Origin: an uncultured Actinomycetes bacterium
Lineage (GTDB): Bacteria > Actinomycetota > UBA4738 > HRBIN12
Length of the DNA: 64,000 nt
Assembly (NCBI GenBank): GCA_963850315.1
Contig: CAWKKN010000001.1
Coordinates: 219,931 to 283,930, forward strand
Direction: 5' to 3'
Position 1 is the first letter of the stretch; every line of letters begins with the position of its first letter. Below, piece after piece: positions 41,940-51,255 of this stretch. A program made the position numbers and the translations under genes. The notes beneath the pieces were generated by a model that did no database searches, was not told the DNA's origin, and was given only the letters and a program-made list of their open reading frames with translations.

Positions 41940-42914
41940 TCACGCCACGGCGACGACCACTTTGCCGCGCGCGTGCCCCTGCTCCACGTAGCGCAGGCCC
42001 TCGGCCGTCTCGGCCAGCGGATAGGTCCGGTCGACGACCGCCACGAGCCTCCCCTCTTCGATGAGTCCGGTCACGCCGAGCAGCTCCTCTCTCTTCTGCT
42101 TCGACGGGAGCGGGCGCAACCGTTGCGAGACGAACAGGTTGAGGACGACCGCTTTCACGATGCCGGCGATGGGCCCGAACACGTGGCCGGGTGACCCGCC
42201 CCCGTTCAGCACCAGGGTCCCTTTCCGGGTGAGCGCCCCGCGCAGGCGTGCGAGCGGGAGGTTGCTCACGTTGTCGAGGATCATGTCGTATCGCGTCCGC
42301 CCGTTCGTGAAGTCCTCCGTCGTGTAGTCGATGACGCGCCCGGCGCCGAGCGAGCGCACCAGCTCGACGTTGCGGGTACTGCACACCCCCGTGACCTCGG
42401 CGCCCATCGCAACCGCGATCTGCACCGCGAAGGTGCCTACCCCGCCGCCGGCCCCGTTGACGAGCACCCGCTGACCGGCCTTCACCTCGCCCGTGTCGCG
42501 GATCCCGCGCAGGGCGGTCGTCGCCGCGATGGGGATCGCGGCCGCCTGCTCGAATGTCAGGCCCGCAGGCTTCGATACCACCATGTCCTCCGCGGCGCAC
42601 GCGAACTGGGCGAACGCACCCCGGAAGAAGCCGAGGACTTCAGCGCCCGGCTGCAACTCGCGCACGTTCGCGCCTACCGCCTCCACGACACCCGCGGCGT
42701 CGGTGCCGGCCACGCGGGTCTTCGGCTTGGTGAGGCCGATGCCCATGAGCCGCGCGACGAGCGGGTCGCCTCGCAAGATGTGCCAGTCAGCCGGGTTGAG
42801 GGCGGCCGCATGCACTCGGACGAGGACGTCATCCGCTCCGACCTCGGGCGGGTCGGCGTCAACGAGCCGCAGGACGTCCGGAGGACCGAACCGCTCCTGG
42901 ACGATCGCCTTCAA
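41940..42914 (-). CDS. MDR-family NAD(P)H:quinone oxidoreductase / zinc-independent alcohol dehydrogenase-like
   Basis: TTG 42914 follows [39 protein letters not shown]. Confidence 0.85.
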   Translation of the reverse strand: MKAIVQERFGPPDVLRLVDADPPEVGADDVLVRVHAAALNPADWHILRGDPLVARLMGIGLTKPKTRVAGTDAAGVVEAVGANVRELQPGAEVLGFFRGAFAQFACAAEDMVVSKPAGLTFEQAAAIPIAATTALRGIRDTGEVKAGQRVLVNGAGGGVGTFAVQIAVAMGAEVTGVCSTRNVELVRSLGAGRVIDYTTEDFTNGRTRYDMILDNVSNLPLARLRGALTRKGTLVLNGGGSPGHVFGPIAGIVKAVVLNLFVSQRLRPLPSKQKREELLGVTGLIEEGRLVAVVDRTYPLAETAEGLRYVEQGHARGKVVVAVA

Positions 42915-43389
42915 CGGATACCTCCTGGGGCGGACTTACGGGCTCGGTGGAAGGCACCCGTCTGCTCGGAGCATGTCACATCGATCAAGGAGCACCCGAC
43001 AGCGTTCAGCAGTTCGCCACCGCCGATCGAGGACTCTGACGCCGTCTCCACGCCGAGGATCGGACCTTGGCCCTTCACGAGCGTGCCGTGGGTGAGCGAT
43101 AGTGACTTCGTTCGTTCGCGGCCCGGCATACCGCCCCACTCGCGTTCGTCACCCTTGACCGCAAGCTGGCGCGCAACGCCAGGGGGGTAGTCCCGCTGGC
43201 ATCGCTCGACGCGCTCCGGTGAGGTGACTCTCGTCCCACGAAGTACCGCTGGTGTCGTGCACAGGTGTGCAGCATGAGCTTGGAGCGAACGTAGCCGTAC
43301 CCGCTGGGGCGCGTTACCAGTCTGCCCCTCTGACGCGTTGAGGCAGCCAACGACGAGTCGCCCTTGGGCTTCTGTGCCACGATGCGGCG

Positions 43390-44127
43390 ATGTCTCACTC
43401 CGCCCCCTACTACCGTGCGGATCTCGCGTTGATCCATCACCTCGGCTTCGCGTTCCACGCAGATGACTGCGCACCAGGCATCCTCGCGCTGCTCGACCCA
43501 GTCCGCGAACGAGGCGGACTGGTCGTGGAACTCGGATGCGGCAGTGGGCTGCTCACCAAGCACCTCATCGATGCGGGCCATCAGGTAATCGCCACCGATG
43601 CCTCCCCGGCGATGCTCGACCTCGCTCGCGATCACGCGGTTGGCGCCCAGTCGATCCGGCGCCTGACCCTGCCCGACGATCCGATCCCGCACGCCGACGC
43701 GATCGTGTCCGTGGGGCACGTCCTCAACTACCTCCCCGACGCCGACGCGCTCGATCGTGCCCTTGTCGCCATCGCAGCCGCTCTCCGACCAGGCGGCCTG
43801 CTCGCGATGGACCTCTGTGACTTGACGTACGGGGAAGCGAGGACCGGATCACCGAGCATGGGATGGGTCACGGATGACTGGGCGCTCATCACCGAGTTTT
43901 CCACACCCACGCCCGATCGGTTCGTGCGGCAGATGGCGATCTTCGTTCGCAAGGAGAACGGCTCCTGGCGTCGCAACGATGAGCGGCACGACAACGTACT
44001 GATCGATACCAGCGTCGTACCGCACCTTCTCGCCAGACACGGCGTAGAGGCACGACTCGGGACTTCCTTCGGTACGGAGGAGCTCCCGGACGGGCTTCAC
44101 ACAGTGATGGGGTACCGCACGGCGTGA
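43390..44127 (+). CDS. Class I SAM-dependent methyltransferase
   Basis: VVELGCGSGLLT (motif I), IATDASPAMLDLA, LRPGGLLAMD. Confidence 0.8.
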   Translation: MSHSAPYYRADLALIHHLGFAFHADDCAPGILALLDPVRERGGLVVELGCGSGLLTKHLIDAGHQVIATDASPAMLDLARDHAVGAQSIRRLTLPDDPIPHADAIVSVGHVLNYLPDADALDRALVAIAAALRPGGLLAMDLCDLTYGEARTGSPSMGWVTDDWALITEFSTPTPDRFVRQMAIFVRKENGSWRRNDERHDNVLIDTSVVPHLLARHGVEARLGTSFGTEELPDGLHTVMGYRTA

Positions 44128-44350
44128 AACCGTCGCCGGCGCTCACCCAGCCTGTCCACCGGTCGGCCGCTTAGGTCGAACCTCCGCCATGCGTCGGCGC
44201 GAGCCCGTAGCTGACCGCGCCACGTATCCCCGCTACGGCTGCGCGAGCCGGGACGCGTGAACGGTTTGGCCCCCTGAAGACGCGGGGTGAGTGAGTGGAC
44301 GACTCGCCGGTGTGCGCGAGTTCTGTCCTTGTGCCACAGTGCCGGCATGT

Positions 44351-44889
44351 CGGATCCTGGGCGGCTACGCCGAGGTCAACGGACTCCACATGAGCTGTTG
44401 CGTCAGCTAGAGATCGATCGTCCCTCGGTGATCGGCCTCAGCGACGGCGGCATGGTTGGACTCGACATGGCGATCCACCACCCGGAACCGCGTAAGAAGC
44501 TAGTCGTCACCGGGTCGAACTTCAGAACCGATGCCTACTCGGAAGGCACGTTGGAGAATGACATGCTAAAGTCAAGCCTGAGGACTGGCCGCAGGCGTTC
44601 CGCGAGGACTACGAGCGACTCTCCCCGGACGGCCCAAGCCATTGGCCGATCGTCCTCCCGCGCATCCAGGCCATGTGGGCCGTTGAGCCCAGCTACACAG
44701 TCGAGAAGATGGCGAGCATCACGGCCCCGACCCTAGTCATCGCCGGCGACCAGGACGTGATCACGCCCGAGCACTCCGTCGCCCTGTTCCGGGCCATCGC
44801 GGAGGCGCCGCTCTGCTACTTCGGGATACCGGACACGCCGAACCCGGGGCCGAGCAGGCTCCGGTGTCATGGACATCGACCCGGCGTAG
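44351..44889 (+). pseudogene. Decayed alpha/beta-hydrolase gene (three frames, internal deletion)
   Basis: RILGGYAEVNGLHM then TAG (frame 2). LEIDRPSVIGLSDGGMVGLDMAIHHPE, the G-x-S-x-G elbow, is in frame 1. WPQAFREDYERL...ITAPTLVIAGDQDVITPEH is in frame 0. The roughly 60-residue oxyanion (HG) segment is missing. Confidence 0.65.
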
Positions 44890-45319
44890 CTCGGAGCCCG
44901 ACTTCGGCCGGTCCCCGGCGTTCCGCGATGGTTACTGCTCGCGCCGGGGCGCGTGACATGTTTGACCCTCTGACTCGTGCCCGCCGCGCGCAAGCTCCAC
45001 GTTTGGCAGATCAGCCTGAACGAGCTGCGCAGGGGCGCTCGAAGGTCCCGTCCCGCGCGAAGCGCTCCACCCATGGTGTCGTATCCACGTACGGGCCCTT
45101 GTTGCCGGAGGGTCGTATGAGAAGTTGGCCCACAGATCGCGTTGTATCAAGGTTCGTTCTGCGAGAGACCCGATGGGTGTCCATCTCCTATCCCGGCAGG
45201 AAGTCCCCCTCGGGGCAGGCCCGGTGGCTCTTGTACCGGATGTCCTCAATTGGCAGCGTGAAGGTGGCTACCGGGAACGGGGAGGTTTGGGGTAGCCGGG
45301 AAGGTAAGGAGGGTGCCCC

Positions 45320-46087
45320 ATGTCGACGTCAACCACTCACGTGGAAAGGAGAGTCCGTACGAGGAGCGGGGGTGTCACCAACGCGGTCCCCCAGGACGGC
45401 CGGTCGATCGGGCGCGACGGGAAGTGCGCGGTTGTGGCAGGCGTGCTCTTCATCACCGCGATCGCGGCCGGCGTGCTGAGCAAACTGCTGCTGGGCCTCG
45501 TGGAACAGCCGGACTACCTCTCGACGATCGCTGGGAACCAGACCCGCATGGCGCTCGGCGCGCTCTGCATCATCGTCATGTCCTTCGCGGGCGCGGGCAT
45601 CGCGATCGCGCTGTATCCGGTCCTGCGCCGGCATGGAGAGGGTCTGGCGCTCGGTGCCGTCAGTTTCCGGACCATAGAAGCGGTGATCTTCCTGATCGCG
45701 GCGATCGCCCAGTTCTCCCTCCTGGCGCTGAGCGATCGCTACCTGACGGCCGGGTCGGCCCAAGCGGCGTCTCTCGGGGCCGTCGGCGCCTGGTTGCTCG
45801 AGGCACGCGTGTGGCTCTTCTCGAGCGCGGGGGCCATCGCGTTCGGTCTGGGTGCTCTCTTCTACTACTGGATCTTCTTCCGGTCGAGGTTGATCCCTCG
45901 GTGGCTCTCCGTGTGGGGCCTGGTCGCGATCGTCATGAACCTGGCGATGGCCGTGTCGGTGCTCTTCGGCCTGTCGCCTGATTCCGCGACGGCGACCGCG
46001 CTGACCCTCCCGATCTTCCTGAACGAACTGGTGCTCGGCGTGTGGCTCATCGCCAAGGGGTTCGACCGGTCCCGGGTGGCCGCATGA
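45320..46087 (+). CDS. DUF4386-family membrane protein
   Basis: ATG follows AAGGAGG. Multi-TM. SRLIPRWLSVWGL and LNELVLGVWLIAKGF resemble the DUF4386 C-terminal pattern. Confidence 0.7.
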   Translation: MSTSTTHVERRVRTRSGGVTNAVPQDGRSIGRDGKCAVVAGVLFITAIAAGVLSKLLLGLVEQPDYLSTIAGNQTRMALGALCIIVMSFAGAGIAIALYPVLRRHGEGLALGAVSFRTIEAVIFLIAAIAQFSLLALSDRYLTAGSAQAASLGAVGAWLLEARVWLFSSAGAIAFGLGALFYYWIFFRSRLIPRWLSVWGLVAIVMNLAMAVSVLFGLSPDSATATALTLPIFLNELVLGVWLIAKGFDRSRVAA

Positions 46088-46130
46088 GGGCGGTCGTCCA
46101 GCACGTACGGGGCCCCCGGAGGTTGGCACC

Positions 46131-46670
46131 GTGAGCGGGATCGTGGCGGTCGTGGTGGTCATCGTGCTGCTGCTCGTCTCGGCCATGCTTGCGGTGTTCG
46201 TCGGGTTCCGCAGGCGGGCGCCGTGGGCGCTCGACGCCTTACGGTGGGTGACGAAGGTCGTCTTCAACCCGTTCGAGATGAAGCGCGCGGGCCACCCCGG
46301 CGCCTATGCCGGGGTGATCGAGCACCGGGGCCGCGTGTCGGGAACGACCTACCGGACCCCGGTCGGCATCCGTCCGACCGACGACGGGTTCGTGATCGCG
46401 TTGCCCTACGACACCCGCCCGGACTGGGTGAAGAACGTGCTCGCCGCGGGGTCCGCCCGGCTCGAGTACGAAGGGGAACCCCACGAGGTCGACCGGCCCG
46501 AGGTGCTCCCGATCGGGTGGGCGACGCACTTCTTCAGCGAGAAGGATCAGCGGCGCATAGGTGCGATCACGAGCTGCCTCCGGCTGCGCATCGCTGGCAC
46601 CTCTTTGGGTTCGGCGGATCGGAGGATGGCTACAGCGACGACGCCTGAACGCGGCGCGCGCCCGAGGTAG
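46131..46670 (+). CDS. Deazaflavin (F420H2)-dependent nitroreductase-family protein (Ddn-like) with N-terminal TM anchor
   Basis: GTG follows GGAGG. HRGRVSGTTYRTPV and LPYDTRPDWVKNVLAAGSARL match the family pattern. Confidence 0.75.
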   Translation: MSGIVAVVVVIVLLLVSAMLAVFVGFRRRAPWALDALRWVTKVVFNPFEMKRAGHPGAYAGVIEHRGRVSGTTYRTPVGIRPTDDGFVIALPYDTRPDWVKNVLAAGSARLEYEGEPHEVDRPEVLPIGWATHFFSEKDQRRIGAITSCLRLRIAGTSLGSADRRMATATTPERGARPR

Positions 46671-46754
46671 GGACACACTCTCACCCTCGGCTTGCGTCAG
46701 GTCTCTGTTGCCTGGGACCGCAAGGTCGCCGCTGCTATGTCGGGCCCGTTCCTG

Positions 46755-47294
46755 CTACGCGCGCCAGATCGTGTGTCCCGGCGGGAAACCGCCTCGCGCC
46801 TGGGTGAGAGTGAGCAGGCAGCGATCCAGCATGAATTCGATGAGCTCTTGCGTCTCAAATCCCTCCCATGGAGAGCCGAGGTCGCGTTCGGACAGGAACT
46901 GCTGAGTGAGAGATCGGCGGAGCGACGGATCTTCAACCCAGACGACCGAACCAGTCACGTAGAACGCATCGTCTTCATGCGGCTTCGGAAAGGTTTCGCT
47001 ATGGAGGGCATATTGGGAGTCCCGACGGAGATCATCGAGCTTTGGGCCCGGCACGATGAATCCGTACAACCCATCGTCGGTGAGCACCGGGCAGATCGGG
47101 TGCACACGAGGTCCGCCGTCTGGTCGAACCGTAGCGAGGAAGCCGAGACCGAGGCCGTGCTCGTAGATCAGGCTTCGGCCCATGGCGGCCAGATCCGCAC
47201 GCGAATCTGCGAACTTCCCCCAGCTGAGCACCCCAAGAGGCTGCCATATTGAATTTGGTGGCACAACCGAGCTCGAAGAGACCAGCTCTTCCAC
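46755..47294 (-). CDS. PPOX-family (pyridoxamine 5'-phosphate oxidase-like, probably F420-binding) protein
   Basis: GFLATVRPDGGPRVHPICPV. Start uncertain. Confidence 0.75.
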   Translation of the reverse strand: MEELVSSSSVVPPNSIWQPLGVLSWGKFADSRADLAAMGRSLIYEHGLGLGFLATVRPDGGPRVHPICPVLTDDGLYGFIVPGPKLDDLRRDSQYALHSETFPKPHEDDAFYVTGSVVWVEDPSLRRSLTQQFLSERDLGSPWEGFETQELIEFMLDRCLLTLTQARGGFPPGHTIWRA

Positions 47295-47372
47295 GGCCTG
47301 GACTTTGAGAACCGCGCGTGGTGCCTAGCGAGCGCAGCGGCGGTAGGTGCTGGGGCGGGATGGTTCGACCGG

Positions 47373-48254
47373 CTAGCAGCCTGCGTTGAGTCGTTGAGTC
47401 CAAGCTGTCTGAGGCGGGGGTGAAGACCCGACCGAGATCATCGCTGTGCCCTGCGACCAGGGAAGCGCACCGTTGATGAACTGGTCCTCGATCGAGGCCT
47501 CGCTTACTCCATCGGCTGAGTCGCTGCTATCCGCGGTGCGCCAGATCGTCGTGAGCCCGAGCTTCTGCAGGATCGGTGCCGCCTGGGAGACCTTCATCCC
47601 GTAGAGCCCGCTGCAGTGCAGCACCTCGCCGGGGGCGAACGCGTCGTTCTGCGATTCGTAGGTTTGACCGGGAGGCGTCGGGGCATTGACGGAGACGAAC
47701 GCTTGGCCCGAGAAATCCAAGGGGACCCGGAACCCGATCTGGCAACGGGTGGCCCCCCCGGGAAGCAGGCAGGATCCTTCTGGGGCATAGATCGGCTGGA
47801 AGCTGGTGTCGTCGAACGTGATCGTGCCGACCAAGCTCGGCGAGGCGTTGTCCACGAGGACGGTGATGTTGAGTCCATGCTGGGCGAACGCCGCTTGCAT
47901 CGAGGCGGCCGGCGCGCTCGGGTCGGTGATCGTCACGTCGATGTAGCCACCCCGCGTCGCGAAGGCGACACCTGCAGCCTTGGCGGGCACGGGCGACTGC
48001 GTGAGGACGACCAGAGCCGCGATGAGTGCCACGAGAGCGATCGCCCCGACACCAGCCAGCACCGTCGCGGGCCGCCGGCGCCGAGGGATCGGAGTCAAGG
48101 CCTCCTGAGTCTGAACCGCGTGCGGGTCCGAAGCCACGATCCGCTCATAAAGTAGATCCCGCTGCGCGTCGAGCCGCTTCTCGCGGAGTTCCCGGTCGGT
48201 CACGGGAGCGCACTGCGCCACCATCTGCAGGACCCGATCGGCGCGTTCGGTCAT
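47373..48254 (-). CDS. Single-pass membrane protein, putative anti-sigma partner of the upstream ECF sigma
   Basis: ATG 48254 overlaps the sigma stop (ATGA). TM helix ATVLAGVGAIALVALIAALVVL. The extracytoplasmic domain is unassigned and there is no zf-HC2. Confidence 0.6.
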   Translation of the reverse strand: MTERADRVLQMVAQCAPVTDRELREKRLDAQRDLLYERIVASDPHAVQTQEALTPIPRRRRPATVLAGVGAIALVALIAALVVLTQSPVPAKAAGVAFATRGGYIDVTITDPSAPAASMQAAFAQHGLNITVLVDNASPSLVGTITFDDTSFQPIYAPEGSCLLPGGATRCQIGFRVPLDFSGQAFVSVNAPTPPGQTYESQNDAFAPGEVLHCSGLYGMKVSQAAPILQKLGLTTIWRTADSSDSADGVSEASIEDQFINGALPWSQGTAMISVGSSPPPQTAWTQRLNAGC

Positions 48255-48889
48255 GAGAAGTCCTCCTCGTTTGCGATCGTCATCGGCCGTTCCACCCTCA
48301 CATGTCCCGTCCGATCTGAGCGTTTCAGGCTGATGCCACGAAGTTCGAGTTGATGAGCCAGGCGTCTACGTGCGCGATGGAGCCGGATCTTCGCGGCGTT
48401 CACCGAGCAGCCCAGCGATACACTCAGCTCGCGAATGGAGAGCTCTTCCCACGTGACGAGCCGCAGAAGCTCCCGATCCTTCGGCGAGAGCTCCTCCAAT
48501 GCCTGGGACACGACGTCAGACGCTGAGCCCGACCCGCTGCCTTGCGGGCGGATCGCTTCGGCATCGAGGCGCGCGCGCAGCCGTTGTTGTCTTCGCGCCG
48601 TGCGTTGCTTGTTCGCGATCACGTTGCGAGCGATCCCGTAGAGCCATGGCCTGATCTCCTCGGCCCGGGGGGCGGCGTCGTATCTACGCCAAAGCAGGAG
48701 GAACGTCTCAGCTACGACATCGGCCGCATCTTCAGGAGTCGGAGACCGCCGGAGCGCGTATCCGAGGAGAGGGAGATAGTTCTCCTCGTAGGTTGCTCGG
48801 AAGCGTTCCACGCGCTCCCGGCTCGGACGTTCGGATCCCACCGTGGCCGATCCCCTTTCCGTAGCCCTGAGTCGGACTCCGCTCCTCAT
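48251..48889 (-). CDS. ECF-type RNA polymerase sigma factor
   Basis: Region 2 AADVVAETFLLLWRRYD. Region 4 LSIRELSVSLGCSVNAAKIRLHRARRRL. Start ATG 48889, or further upstream. Confidence 0.85.
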   Translation of the reverse strand: MRSGVRLRATERGSATVGSERPSRERVERFRATYEENYLPLLGYALRRSPTPEDAADVVAETFLLLWRRYDAAPRAEEIRPWLYGIARNVIANKQRTARRQQRLRARLDAEAIRPQGSGSGSASDVVSQALEELSPKDRELLRLVTWEELSIRELSVSLGCSVNAAKIRLHRARRRLAHQLELRGISLKRSDRTGHVRVERPMTIANEEDFS

Positions 48890-49202
48890 CAGTGAACATC
48901 CCCTCATGTCCGGATGCACCTTGATGGTGTCGCGCTAGGGGGACTCCTCGAATCCTGCGGGCACCCTCCGGAGGGCCACATCCGTACCGGCAGCCAGCCG
49001 AAGATCGCCGCCCACGCCACCATCACGAGCAGCGACTCGAAGGAGGGGAACTGCCCTGCATCGAGCTCTGCATGGCCTCGACGGCGGCACCGAGCCCCGC
49101 GAGATCGCTGACGGCCCGAAGCTCGGGCGCCATCACCTCACGCGGCAGCCACACCCCCCGCGAAGAATCGCGAAGGCGCGCCCGTGACCCGCCGCCTCGG
49201 GC

Positions 49203-49901
49203 TCAGAGCCGGGTGAGGGACGCCAGCCAGGCGTGGGCGCTGCGCCCCCCGGCGATCTCGAACCCGGCCTCCTCGATCGCGTCCACGCGCCAGCCGACTT
49301 CGAAACTCGACCGGATCTCGTCCTCGGATACGCGGCGCGGGCCGAACACGCCAGGCTGGCGGTCGCCGAAACACAACAGGAACAGCCGGCCGCCCGAGGC
49401 GTTGACCTCGCGCAGGCCTGTGACGTAGCGGGCCCGGTCGCCGTCGTCGAAGACGTGGAAGAGCCCCGAGTCGAGGACGGTGTCGAACCGCTCCCCCAAC
49501 GATGGCAGCTCGAGGGCGCTCCACACGAGGAACCTCGCGTGCTGGTTGCGGCCCCGCGCCTTCCGCTCTGCGATCTCGATCGCCTTAGATGACGAGTCGA
49601 GGCCCGTGGCCTCAAACCCAAGGCCGGCCGCCATGAGGGTGTGCTCGCCGGTGCCACAGCCGGCGTCGAGGACGCGGCCCGTCAACGCGCCTGCGCGCGC
49701 CAGCTCCGCGAACGCGGCCTGGGGCCGCCCGATGTCCCATGGTGGGGTCCGCGCATAAGCGTGGTCGAACGATGACCCGGTCAGAACATCACCCCGATCG
49801 ATGGCCCCGGCTCCAGCTCGCCGAGGTATGCCTCCACATAAGCGGATCGGCGAGCAGGTTCTCGGCGGTGGCCGCGAGAATGACCCCGGGCCACCGATCA
49901 T
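49203..49901 (-). CDS. Class I SAM-dependent methyltransferase (TPMT-like)
   Basis: VLDAGCGTGEHT (motif I), RFDTVLDSGLFHVF, SGGRLFLLCF. Start uncertain: the N-terminal 35 codons are compositionally odd. Confidence 0.75.
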   Translation of the reverse strand: MIGGPGSFSRPPPRTCSPIRLCGGIPRRAGAGAIDRGDVLTGSSFDHAYARTPPWDIGRPQAAFAELARAGALTGRVLDAGCGTGEHTLMAAGLGFEATGLDSSSKAIEIAERKARGRNQHARFLVWSALELPSLGERFDTVLDSGLFHVFDDGDRARYVTGLREVNASGGRLFLLCFGDRQPGVFGPRRVSEDEIRSSFEVGWRVDAIEEAGFEIAGGRSAHAWLASLTRL

Positions 49902-49975
49902 CCATTCACGGACTCTAAGTCCCGCGCCGCGCGGACGCGCTCGGTAGGCGGCCCGGCATACTCCCCGTGCATGTA

Positions 49976-50005
49976 TTGACAGAGCGTATACTCTCAGCGT
50001 ATTCT
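49976..50005 (+). promoter_or_regulatory. Candidate sigma-70-type promoter TTGACA-N18-TATTCT giving a leaderless padR transcript; contains the tandem heptamer AGCGTAT
   Basis: TTGACA 49976-49981 and TATTCT 50000-50005. ATG 50012 lies 6 nt after the -10. AGCGTAT occurs at 49983 and 49996. Confidence 0.4.
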
Positions 50006-50011
50006 CCGCCG

Positions 50012-50530
50012 ATGAGCGTGCCTCTCACCCTGCTGGCCCTCCTAGAGCGCGAGCCGAGGCACGGCTATGAGCTCAAGCGCGACTACGACGCTCACATCGG
50101 CCTCGGCCGATCCCTCCCGTTCGGGCAGGTATACGCGACCCTCGCCCGCCTGGCCCGTGACGGGAAGGTCTTGACGGGTGAGGCCGAGCCTGGCGCCGGA
50201 CCCGATCGCAAGCGCTACACGATCACCGATCTGGGGAAGCTCGATGTCGAAACGTGGCTGAGCGAGCCGATCGAGCCGGAGCCCCATCTTCAAACCGTGC
50301 TCTTCGCCAAGGTCGTGCTCTCCCTCATGCTGGGGCGCTCCGCCAAGAACTACCTAGAAACCCAGCGCTCCGCTCACTTGCAGCGCATGCGCGAGCTGAC
50401 CGAGCTCAAAAGGACCGGAAGCACGATGGACGCACTCCTTGCCGACCACGGCCTCTTCCACCTAGAGGCCGATCTGCGGTGGATCGACGTTACGGAGGCT
50501 CGGCTCCAGACCCTGAAGGAGATGGTGTAA
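50012..50530 (+). CDS. PadR-family transcriptional regulator
   Basis: MSVPLTLLALLEREPRHGYELKRD and KRYTITDLG. ATG 50012 is preferred over GTG 49967. Confidence 0.85.
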   Translation: MSVPLTLLALLEREPRHGYELKRDYDAHIGLGRSLPFGQVYATLARLARDGKVLTGEAEPGAGPDRKRYTITDLGKLDVETWLSEPIEPEPHLQTVLFAKVVLSLMLGRSAKNYLETQRSAHLQRMRELTELKRTGSTMDALLADHGLFHLEADLRWIDVTEARLQTLKEMV

Positions 50531-50532
50531 CG

Positions 50533-51255
50533 ATGAGATCAGCCAACCTCCCCGCAGCGGTCGACGTGAGCTCGGTCATCGAGGGACGCGACATCGTCAA
50601 GTCTTACGGCAAGACCCGAGCGCTTCGTGGGGCCAGCGTCTCGGTGGGCTCCGGTGAGATCCTCGCCATCATGGGTCCGAGTGGCTCGGGCAAATCCACG
50701 CTGCTTCACTGCCTGGCCGGCATCTTCAAACCGGACAGCGGGCAGGTATGGTTCGAGGGCCTGCAGATCGACACGCTCGGTGAAGCCAAACGCACAGAGC
50801 TGCGGCGCACGGCCTTCGGCTTCATCTTCCAGTTCGGCCAGCTGGTGCCCGAGCTCCGCGCGTCGGACAACGTCGCCCTGCCCCTGCTCCTCAACAAGGT
50901 CAGCCGCAAGCAGGCGTATCGGCAGGCGACCTCATGGCTCGAGCGCTTAGACCTGGGCGAACTGGCAGACAGGCGCACGGGAGAGCTGTCTGGGGGAGAA
51001 GCGCAACGAGTCGCGCTCGCGCGAGCCCTCGTGATGCAACCGAGGGTCCTGTTCGCCGATGAGCCGACCGGCTCGCTCGATTCCCTGATGGGCGAGTACG
51101 TGATGGATCTGTTGGTCGACCTTGCCCGCGAGGAGAGCACCGCGGTCGTTCTCGTCACCCATGACGCTCGGGTTGCCGCGTATGCGGATCGCGAGGTCAT
51201 GGTGCGCGACGGGAAGGTCACCACGCCCCTCAAGAGCGAGGCAGTGCGGCGGTGA
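50533..51255 (+). CDS. ABC transporter ATP-binding protein (MacB/LolD-like)
   Basis: GPSGSGKST, LSGGEAQRVALARAL, VLFADEPTGSLD, VTHD. Confidence 0.9.
   Translation: MRSANLPAAVDVSSVIEGRDIVKSYGKTRALRGASVSVGSGEILAIMGPSGSGKSTLLHCLAGIFKPDSGQVWFEGLQIDTLGEAKRTELRRTAFGFIFQFGQLVPELRASDNVALPLLLNKVSRKQAYRQATSWLERLDLGELADRRTGELSGGEAQRVALARALVMQPRVLFADEPTGSLDSLMGEYVMDLLVDLAREESTAVVLVTHDARVAAYADREVMVRDGKVTTPLKSEAVRR

Noticed and set aside
40099-42600. 833-aa version of hutU
   Set aside because: The urocanase homology starts at [20 protein letters not shown] (ATG 41787, preceded by GGAGGTGA). The upstream 271 codons are Arg/Gly-rich and overlap the oxidoreductase gene on the same strand.
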